From positions 64,460 to 128,459 of the forward strand of contig CDMY01000303.1 in the NCBI GenBank assembly GCA_001179505.1: a stretch of DNA of 64,000 nt, written 5' to 3'. The stretch comes from Vitrella brassicaformis CCMP3155 (taxonomy: Eukaryota; Protista; Chromerida). Made by a program: the position numbers and the translations under genes. Shown piece by piece: positions 37,072 to 46,360 of the stretch (position 1 is its first letter; every line of letters starts with the position of its first letter). The notes under the pieces were generated by a model. That model was not told where the DNA came from, searched no databases, and saw nothing but the letters and a program-made list of their open reading frames with translations.

Positions 37072-39131
37072 CCCTACCTCCTGGTCCTGGACAACCGGGG
37101 CGACATGGTCTTCCACCTGCGGCTCAAGGACAACATCTCCATGGCGGGGCGGGCCAACTTCGACATCAACGCCAATGGCCACATGGTCTTCGGCCTGTCG
37201 GAGGTCGACAAGAGCTACAGATTCGTCCGCAAGAACACCGCACCGCACGGATACACAGCCGACTGTGAGTGAGGCCACACCCCACCCCACCCCACCCCAC
37301 CACACAACGATGAGTGGGTGGGTGGGTGGATGGATGGATCGATGGGCTGCTCTTCGTTGTTTCTCTCAGCGCATGACTTCAAAAAGCTTGCTTCAGGTGA
37401 GGGCGTGGCGGTTGCTGTCGCGTGTGGTGTGGTGTGGTGTGGGGAGGTGTGCGAGTGCGATGCGCTCTTCCCATGCATACTTAATCAATCTGTGTGTGCG
37501 TCAGGCGGGTCTCTCTTTCTGCACAAGCTTCGCGAGATTGTCTGGCACAAAGGCCACCAAGTGCCGCTGCAGGTAGCAGCCGTCACCGAAACCGATAGGT
37601 CCGTCCGTCCGTCCAAACACACTCCCAGCCCGGCCGGCCCCATGAGCACAGACCTGCCTGCTTCTGTCTGTCTGTCTGTCTGTCTGTGTGAGTGCTCTCA
37701 GGAAGGGCACTGTGATCTTTGAGTGGCGTGCGTGGGACCACTACACCATTGATGAGCTCATGCGGTTCTCCATCGTGCTGCAGTCCGCAGGGCCCAGCCA
37801 AAGACGCAAGTCCGACAAGATGCACCCCAACTCGGCCTCATTGACCCCCGACGGCCACCACTGCTACTCCTTCAGACAAATGGGTGGGTGGGCGCGTGTG
37901 TGGTGTGCCTTTCGCGCGCCATCCGGATGGGCCAAAACTGCCAGCGCATAGAGACCATCCATCCCATATACCTCTTTGTGTGTAGGAGTGGTCAAGGTGA
38001 ATCGCAACACGGGCGACGTGATATGGCGGTTCGGCGGCAGCACGGCCAACAACCAGTTCCGGTTCGTTAACGACCCGCGGGGCTTCGCGCACCAGCACGA
38101 CGCCAAACTCACCAAACCCAACACAGTCATCATGTTCGACAACCGTAAGCAACAGAGAGAGCACACAGGACCTTAAACCCTCCCCTCCTCCCTCCCCTAT
38201 GTGTGTGGTCAGATCCCTACGCTTATCCCAAGAGGGGTCCGTCGTATTCCCGCATGGTCGAGTACACTCTCGACCCGGTCAAGATGACGGCCCGCAAGAC
38301 GTGGGAGTACGACGCCGGCAAGAACATCTTCTCGCTCGGCAACGGCGCCGTCAACGCGCTCCCTAACGGCAACAGGGGAATCGGTACGTACGTGGCTATC
38401 CATGTGTGTGTGTGTGTGTGTCTGTGCCCATCGATGGCGATCGATGTGTGGATCGGATGGGAGGCTGGGCGGCTCTCTCACTTCACTCGTGTGTCTGTGG
38501 GGACATGGCATGTGTGTGTCTCAATCAATCAGCGTGGGGCGGTCTGGGTTTGAGCCCTCCCATAGCGCAGGGCGCCACCACCCGGTGGAGGCCCCTCGCA
38601 GACCCACTCTACACCGAAGTCACGCCATCCGGTATGTATACACACATAAAAGACACACAAACACACAGAGACACAACCACACCAACACGCACCGGTCCAT
38701 GTCTGTCTGTGTCTGTCTGTCTGTCTGTCTGTTCAGGCGAGAAGGTGTTGGAGATGTATTTCGAGGACGGCGCGGCCTCCCAGCAGGTGTACAAGGTCCC
38801 CACTCACCAGTGGCGCGCCACACCCTTCTGGCCCCCAACCGCACTCATCGCCAAGCACGGCCACCCACACCACGGCCAACCGTCGTCCCGCCTCCACTTC
38901 AGCTGGAACGGCGCCACCACCGTGAGGTTCTGGCGCGTCATGGTGGCCAAGAAACGGGCCCAGAGTGCGTGGCGCAAGTTCTGGGAGGGCCCGAAACACC
39001 AGTTTGAGCAGTGGGTGGATGTGCCGGAGACAAGCGGGGCGTGCGCGTTTTACCGGGTGGAAGCGCTTGACGGCAAGAGGCGGGTGCTGGGGGTGTCGAA
39101 GCAAGTGGCCACGGAGGGGTGCCGGAAGTGA
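37072..39131 (+). CDS. Arylsulfate sulfotransferase (ASST) family beta-propeller; 5' end lost in the gap
   Basis: AHDFKKL, VIFEWRAWDHY, KMHPNSASLTPDGHHCYSFRQM, VKVNRNTGDVIWRFGG, FAHQHDA, IMFDN, SRMVEYTLD, GAVNALPNGN and LHFSWNGAT. Confidence 0.88.
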
Positions 39132-39756
39132 ATGGACGGACAACTAACTGTGGGTAGGTGGGTCGGTGGAGTGGGGGTTGGTGTGATGTGAGCGTCGCCA
39201 CTCAGTCACGAAGTCGGGGTGTCGATAGATAGATGTGATGATAGTGGTGCCTGCCTGCCTGCCTGCCTGAATACGTGTGTGTGCGCTGATGCGTGTGGAT
39301 GGACGGACGGTAGATCAGATAGAGTGGCTGTTGAACGAACTGTCTTTCTCTTTATGGGTGGATGATGCCTGGGTGGCTGGGCTGCCCAGCCAGCCATTTC
39401 GATCCTCATTGGCCTACGGGGCACTCACTCATACCATTTGTAAGTGTGCATCTGTCTGTACTGTGGACGGACGTAGCGCCTGCCTTCCTGGGGGTTTGCG
39501 TGTATCTGTCTGTCTGGCGTGCGGGATGCATGTGTGTGTGCGTGTGCAGAATGCGCCTCCACATACACTACACCACACCACAGCACACTTCAGCGAGATT
39601 CGCTGCTGTATTTGTCCATCTCTGACATGCATGTGTGTGTGTGTGTGTCGGTGTTTTTGAGAGCCAAGTGCGGCGGCGGGTACGGTGCATGGGTTCGCGT
39701 GATGGACGGAGACAGGGGGACAAATGGGTGGGTGGTGTGGTTGATAATGGATGGAT

Positions 39757-41136
39757 CGCTGCCTCGCTGGATGGATGGATGGCTGGCTGGCTGGAGGTGC
39801 CTTCGTGTGTCGGCGTGTGCGCCACCCACTCCTGCACACGTGTAGTCTGAGGATTATAACAAGTGACTGACGAGAATGTGAAGAGATCTTCACTCACCCT
39901 GTGGTGACTACACACTGACGTACATATGTGTGTGTGTTTCATTCATTCAGTTGGCCATCGTCCATCAGACCGGTCGGCCGATATATAGACATTTAAGAAT
40001 TCTATGTATCGACAGACGCACAGATAGACAGACAGACAGAGACAGTCATGCCGGCACGACAAACACATGCGCACGCATCAATCCCTCCCTCCCTTAAGCA
40101 GAGCCCTCGCTTGGTACGTACGTGCGGGAAGAGCGACCCACACATACATAGGCAGGCAAGCAGGAACGACACACACAGAAAGGCAGGTTTACACGCAGAC
40201 GACGCAGCGCCACCCACACACGCATCAGTCCGTCTATCTATCCCTCTTCGCACGCAGAGGCAGTGTGTCCGTCTAGACAGCAGGCGTGTAGGTATGTTAT
40301 GTACACACAGAGAGAGAGATGGATACATACAGCTGTAGTAACCCCCCTCTCTCCGTCCCCTCGGTTGGTTGATTCTTCTACGGCTAGCTAAGAGCGGCAG
40401 ATCAGCAAGTGTGTTAGGTGTAGTCGCAGTAACACTCCCCTTGGCAGATTGAGGACGTGCAAAACTTGCCCCACATGCACCTTGAGGACAATTCGGGGCC
40501 GGTGCAGGGGTTTGGATGTCTGTCCCGCATGCACTCCTCCTTAGTCTTGAGCGACGAGCAGTCGAAGTCGCCCTTCATGCCTACAGACAGGTGAGCCCAC
40601 CCACATAGACAGACAGCACAGACAGACAGAGAGTGAGGGAGGGAATGCAACCGAAGCTTAGATGTATTATCTGCATTGCATGCGGACACACATCTGTCTG
40701 TAGTGTAACTGTGATGCTGTGGAGCCGTTGTTGGGCGTTGTTGATGGTCTTGAGTGCCGTGTGTGCCATCGTCTGAGCCGTCTGTGTCATCGTTAGCGCC
40801 GCAGCCATCGTGTTCTTGGCGTGAGCCACCTGCTGCTTCACGACCGACAGCTGGAACTGATGGCCAGAGACGCCTGCACACAAACACACATTGCACACAC
40901 CGTACGGCAACACAGATCCATCCATCCATCCATCCATCCATCCATCCATGCCGCCACGTGCGCAGTGCATTCACCTCGCACCAGCTGTGTGTGTCGTGCA
41001 TGGCTGCCGCGCACACCTTTGCTGTGGGTGCGGGCGGTCTGCAGGCGGGAAATCTCGTCAGTGCGGTCCACAAACGATGCATCTGCACACAGCGGACGGG
41101 AAGGTCAGCCACATATGGCTCAGGAGTGATGTATAC
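39757..41136 (-). repeat. Inverted partner of the 5170-6566 duplication
   Basis: Reverse-complement similarity to 5170-6566, ending abruptly at GTATAC (41131-41136). Confidence 0.85.
40414..41082 (-). CDS. Secreted Cys-rich family, copy 2 (exons 2-4 open; no adjacent signal-peptide exon)
   Basis: ASFVDRTDEISRLQTARTHSK-GVSGHQFQLSVVKQQVAHAKNTM..-GMKGDFDCSSLKTKEECMRDRHPNPCTGPELSSRCMWGKFCTSSICQGECYCDYT*. Acceptor TGTGCAG intact at 41083-41089; intron 1 replaced beyond 41136. Confidence 0.65.
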   Translation of the reverse strand: MHRLWTALTRFPACRPPAPTAKVCAAAMHDTHSWCEVNALRTWRHGWMDGWMDGWICVAVRCVQCVFVCRRLWPSVPAVGREAAGGSRQEHDGCGANDDTDGSDDGTHGTQDHQQRPTTAPQHHSYTTDRCVSACNADNTSKLRLHSLPHSLSVCAVCLCGWAHLSVGMKGDFDCSSLKTKEECMRDRHPNPCTGPELSSRCMWGKFCTSSICQGECYCDYT

Positions 41137-41210
41137 TGTGAGGGTCGGATAAATGGGACGCTGCTTATATGGGAAAATCGTTATATGGGAAAATCCCATT
41201 TAACCGTTTA
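41136..41210. mobile_element. Possible DNA-transposon terminus (TA junction, subterminal direct and inverted repeats)
   Basis: Paralog homology breaks after ..GATGTA-TA-C. CGGATAAATGGGA (41146-41158) is inverted to TCCCATTTAACCG (41194-41206, 1 mismatch). TTATATGGGAAAATC occurs twice (41165-41179, 41181-41195). No partner TIR found. Confidence 0.35.
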
Positions 41211-42649
41211 CTTTGTGGATGTTGCACATTTACAAGCAGGTGACATTCATTCATTGTGAGCCGTCGCAATGACCTGCATGATGTCCAGCGTGCCTCACTG
41301 ATCACTGTGAACCAAATTTCACCGTCGAACACCCACAAACAGCCGAGATCGGGGCCGCCGAATTGGGGCCAGTGAATCACAAGAGAAGCAGCGATGCGAA
41401 CAAGCAGCGGAGCACCATGAATGGCTCTCCTCTGAGCACAGCGTAGCATTTGCAGTGAAACAGCGACACAACAACCATTGTCAGACGCGCAGGAGGCCGC
41501 CTGCGGCCCTCCTCACCAGCGGAGTGAGGAGTGCTTCTACGGAGAGCCTCTCCGCCTCTCTCGACAGCCATAGACGTCACTATCGCATCGTCCGTCCCCC
41601 CTCTGCTCAGCGATGAGCTTCTTCGACGGCGTGCGGCGCGATGTACGTCTCGCGTACGGGCCTGGCAGTGGGCTGGAGAAGGTCTCCCGCGTGCTGCACC
41701 TCAGCACTGACCTCTATTGGCCAGGTGAGAGGACGGGCAGGGCGGAAACGGGATACACTCTTCAACAGGTTGATGTGTGCAGCTCCAGTCATTCAGCGCC
41801 TGATCAGCCATGTCGACACGACGTCGGCAAGCTCAATCAGACACATGCGGGAGGATAGGTGTATAGGCTGAAATACTGTGTCGCGGCCATCAGCACGGTG
41901 AGAGAAGGAGATGGCGGCAATGCGGCCAAACGAAGCATCAACACACCTGCCAGACAGACAGACAGACACAGGAGCACTCAGACGAGTACTGTAGAAGGTG
42001 TGAACAGGATAAGCAGGGGGGCGTTCATTCAAGATTTGACCGCTTGTTCGTTCGCATATGCACATAGCTATCAATCAATATACACAAATAGATAGAGAGA
42101 TATGTATATATGTACACAGCTAGTCAGTCAGTCAACACGCGCACGCATCAGGCAGACGGCAGGTACGCAAACGACGCACCGCGACACACGCACGCGACAC
42201 ACTCACGCAGACAGCAAATCGTATATAAGCTCCTCTGGCCTATGAACGTGGGAGGGGCAGTGATAGGAATGCAGAGAATGAGATAGGCACGACAGACACA
42301 CAGGCAGGCAGGCAGGCAGGCAGACAACGCAAACGACGCACTACCACACCCATCAGACACACGCACGCAGGCCGACACATACAGACAGGCAAGCACGCAC
42401 ACAGTGCATACGCACACGCCGTTAAAGGCCATCCATCCAGTGAGTGAGTGCTTAAACAATAGCCAGCCGTGGGTCGGTCGGGTCATTGGTTGGTTCGCTC
42501 AGCCCTCTTCCTCTCTCCCTCCCTTGTAGCTACCCCCGGACGTGCTTTCTCTCAGCCCTTCCCTTTGCTTTACACATCTGCTTTTACATATCTGTTGCTG
42601 TGTGCGTCTGTTCTAGAGAGAAGCGGGATGTGTCGGGCTAAAAATCTTA

Positions 42650-42843
42650 TCACTCCGCCTCATTCAGTCTCTCCATCTCTCTGCTTCCCTCCTCGTCGTA
42701 GAGGTTGCAGATGCACCCTTTGTCTTTTGTCCACTTGCAGGCTGAGTGTCGTTCTTTGTTTTTCGCACACCCCTCCTCCCAGCCCATCCAGTTGTTGGTC
42801 AAGCAGCTACCGTGGTCCGTGTTCACACCGCAAGGGTTCTCCC

Positions 42844-42878
<35 letters not shown>

Positions 42879-43507
42879 AAAGGAGGTGCTCCATATCTCC
42901 TTGCAAACACTTGCGTGGGCCAGATCTCACCTTTGAACTCCTCCCGGTGCGAGGATCCGCCTCATTTGCCCGTGTCGCCCGCCTCCTTGGAGGCCACGTG
43001 TTGCTGCAGCTGCTCGATGGAATTGAGTGCGCTCGTTGCTGTGGTCTTGGAGACGTTCCTCATATTGGTAAGCCCCCGATCCATCATGTTGGTAAGGTTC
43101 TTCACTTTGTTGTGGATGAGCGCCAGCTGCTCCTCGACGGACGGATCGCCAGCAGAGAACGCGCCACCGGCAGATGCAGCTGCACACACACACGCGCGCG
43201 CACAATGCATCCAAGCCGCACACATCCAAAGACACGTGCACACCTTTGTTGCTGTGGGTGCCTGCGGTCTGCAGGCGGAAGATCTCGTCAGTGCGGTCCA
43301 CAAACGACGCACCTGCACACAGCGGACAGGAAGGTCAGCCAATATGGCTCAGGAGTGATGTATACGCCATAGATCTGATCAGATGCACCCACCAGTATGG
43401 CAGTCGTTGCCCTCGCAGTAGTCGCTGTACGTGGCCGAGGCCACAGCTACGGAACATACGGCCGCCAAGGCGATGAGGAACGCACACATGGTCATCACTC
43501 CCTTCAT
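42650..43507 (-). pseudogene. Secreted Cys-rich family, copy 3 (in-frame TGA at 42962-42964, downstream exon still in frame)
   Basis: MKGVMTMCAFLIALAAVCSVAVASATYSDYCEGNDCHT-GASFVDRTDEIFRLQTAGTHSNK-..QQHVASKEAGDTGK*GGSSHREEFK-GENPCGVNTDHGSCLTNNWMGWEEGCAKNKERHSACKWTKDKGCICNLY..*. Confidence 0.7.
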
Positions 43508-44384
43508 CCCCGCCAGCAACCAAATCGAAAACGCTCTTTTCCTGGACGACTGAGTGGGGGATTGGGAGCGGTTCCTATACAGCCGGCCAGATTTCGTGGA
43601 ACCGAGAGCGGTTTCACGGAACTTTTCACATTCGTCAGCTCACTAGTGCCTACCGAGACCTGTCGATCTCTCTTTCTGTAAGCTGCTGCCCTTGCGTCGT
43701 TATTCGAATCGTTTCGTCCCCCCACTCATTCAATAACTTCCTGGCCATTCTCGAGTCAGTCTGTTTCTCGTGAGACCGTGTTCCTGACTGACGTGAAGGC
43801 AGGCGTGTGCTGGCTGCAGTCACCGCAGCCCCCTGATTGATGGATGTGACCACGTGCACACAAGCCATGCAGCCCTGGCCTGCAAACACATCTCTCACCC
43901 CTCCCGCTTGGCTTGCTCCCGCCTCCCCTTCTCTCTCTCACACACATGCGCACACGCGGTGCCCTCTCGTGGATATCCATGCGAGCAACTGTCGGCGTCC
44001 CGCATGTGCGCAACACAGAGAAATCACCTTCGATCTGCCTCAGACAGAAAGGGGGACCTGACCTCTTCTTACGCAGCGCAACAAACAGCGACAAATGCGA
44101 CCACCGTTCGCTCGTTCGCTCCTCCATTGCTCTGTCTAGAGAGAGAGCATCACGCACATAATGATACATACATAGATACGTACACACAATACGCACACAC
44201 ACACACGCGCGGCCAGGTTGTCCATCTGGCTGCCCTCCCCTCCGTGTCTCTCTGCCCGGCTGCCTCCCCCTTCCTCCCTCCCTCCCCGTCCATCCATCCA
44301 TCCACCATCCATCCATCCATCCATCCACTCTTTCATCCACCCGGTGCGTCCGTCATGCACGCGGTGGGTCGATCCATCGATCGA

Positions 44385-46105
44385 TCAGTCGCATCCGGCT
44401 TCTATCAGCTTCTTGGCGTCGTCTTCCGGCATGTGGGCGTTGCACATGATGCCTGCAGTGAGTGCCACACACACCAGCCAACCAGCCAACAGAGAGAGCG
44501 CGTGATTCGATGGATGGATGGATGGATGGCTTGGTGTGCCGCATTTACCTGATCCGAACTCGAATCCCGCGACCGGCCAGCTGTCAAGGCGCGGGAAGAT
44601 CTCCACGTGCCAGTGGTAGTAACAGCTCGGGTTGTACACCTGAGAGCATGCCATGCCATGCCATGCACCAACAGCACATACATACATCCTTGCAAGAAAG
44701 ACCCCATTAATTACACCACATGACATGTGACACCAACGTCTCTGTCTTCACGCACCGACGCACCGACGCACCCACAGCCACCATGTATGTATTGTATGGG
44801 ATTGATATATTGACTGACCTGGTTCCTGGTTCGGTGCAGGTGTGCGGTCCTGAGGACCAAGTTGTAGTCGACGTCGCCGAGCGCTCGGTTGATCCGCTGG
44901 AAGACCCGGTGCAGAATGCGCCCGAGGGCGCGCAGCGTGTCGTCGTCGATGGACAGGAACTGGTAGTTGTGGCGCAGAGGCAGCAGCAGAATCTGATACG
45001 GGATGTGAGCCGCGAACGGAACTGATTGATGTTCGTGATGAATGGAAAAGGCAACAAAACGCCCACAGACACACACACACTCTCAGACATCCAAGTATCC
45101 ATCGGCCGATCTGTCTGTCTGTCTGTGGTACTGACTGACCAACAGCGATGAATTGGCTGTCGAGTTCGACGATGCGCACTTCCTCCTTGAGCTCGAGCTT
45201 TATGTAGTCGCAGAAGAGACAGCGCCCGTTGGTCTGGAAGTACTCCCTGGCCGTGTCGGTCAGCTTGAGCTGCTGGTTGGGCACTATCGGCAGGCCGATT
45301 ATCTGCGAGTGGGGGTGCACCATGGAGGCGCCCCCGAACATGCCCACGTTCTTGAAGCACAGGAGGCTCTGGATGAGGGGAGAGGTGGTCAGCAGCAGCC
45401 CCCTATCGCGGAATGCCTTGAAGAGCATCTCCCAGTAGACGGGCGTCGTGTGGCCGATGGGCAGGTTGTGGGAGGGGTGGTCCACCACGACCTCGTGGAA
45501 GCCTGTCGCCTCCAGCAGCAGCTTACCGCGGGCCCGGGCCGTGTTGAGGCAGTCGACCAGCTCGTTGCACTCCATGCTCATGATTGACGCCGCAAAGGGG
45601 TACTGAAGCGACTCGTCGGCAATACAGTTCGAAGGCGCAACCACTGACACACACACACACACACACATCCAGACAGACAGACAGACAGATTGACGGTTGC
45701 TGGCTCTGTCTGCGCACCAGGGAATTTGTTGGGCAGCACATACAGCTCGAAGTCGTCCTTTGGGGCACAGGTGGGGTCGTGGTCGCTGGCCCGCAGTGTG
45801 AGCAGCTTGGCTGGTAGCTGCCCCTCGTTGCCCTTGCAGAAGGGGCAGTTGGCACTCCACTGCGGGATCTTGCTCTTGTCCATCCCAACCTCTGGCCGCA
45901 TCTGTTGCGGCCGCTTCCGGCGCTCCACACCCGGGAAAGCTATCCAATCGTTGGTGCAGATGTTGTGGCGGAACGTCGCGAAACACCGAATGCCGGACCG
46001 CTGAGTGGGAGGGCTGAGAGGGAGGGAGGGGGGGAGGGAGGGTGACGGGGGAGCGGCTGCAGCGCGCCGAGATGAGGAGCCGCTGCAGCACCGGCGGAAC
46101 AACAT
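44385..46105 (-). CDS. Galactose-1-phosphate uridylyltransferase / ADP-glucose phosphorylase-like (HIT superfamily, HPHSQ type)
   Basis: FRHNICTNDWIAFPGVERRKRP, CPFCKGNE, VLPNKFP, GFHEVVVDHP, FKNVGMFGGASMVHPHSQII, CLFCD, DYNLVL, YHWHVEIFPRL, AGFEFGSG..NAHMPEDDA. Start ATG approximate. Confidence 0.9.
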
Positions 46106-46360
46106 CCGTCGCTCCGATGAGGCAGGGACGATGCAGGTCACGTGTGAGATGAGTCAGCACTATGGAAATCGCTCATGCTGCTTCATTCTTCGTAATTTCT
46201 TCTTCTAGAAGTCGTGAATGGGCAGAAGGCGCTTCCCTTCTTGCTCTCCGTCTTCGAGAGCGGTTACACGGAACGTCAGGGTCAAACCCTGCTGCGCCTG
46301 CTGTAGGGTACAGGTGCGGAAGCGATGACCGCAGTCAGCTAACCAGCTCACAGGTCGCGA

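Noticed and set aside
41613-41871. Short coding-like stretch (MSFFDGVRRDVRLAYGPGSGLEKVSRVLHLSTDLYWP) with a GT donor
   Set aside because: No recognisable homology and no convincing continuation; it may be part of the inserted sequence but I cannot support a gene call.
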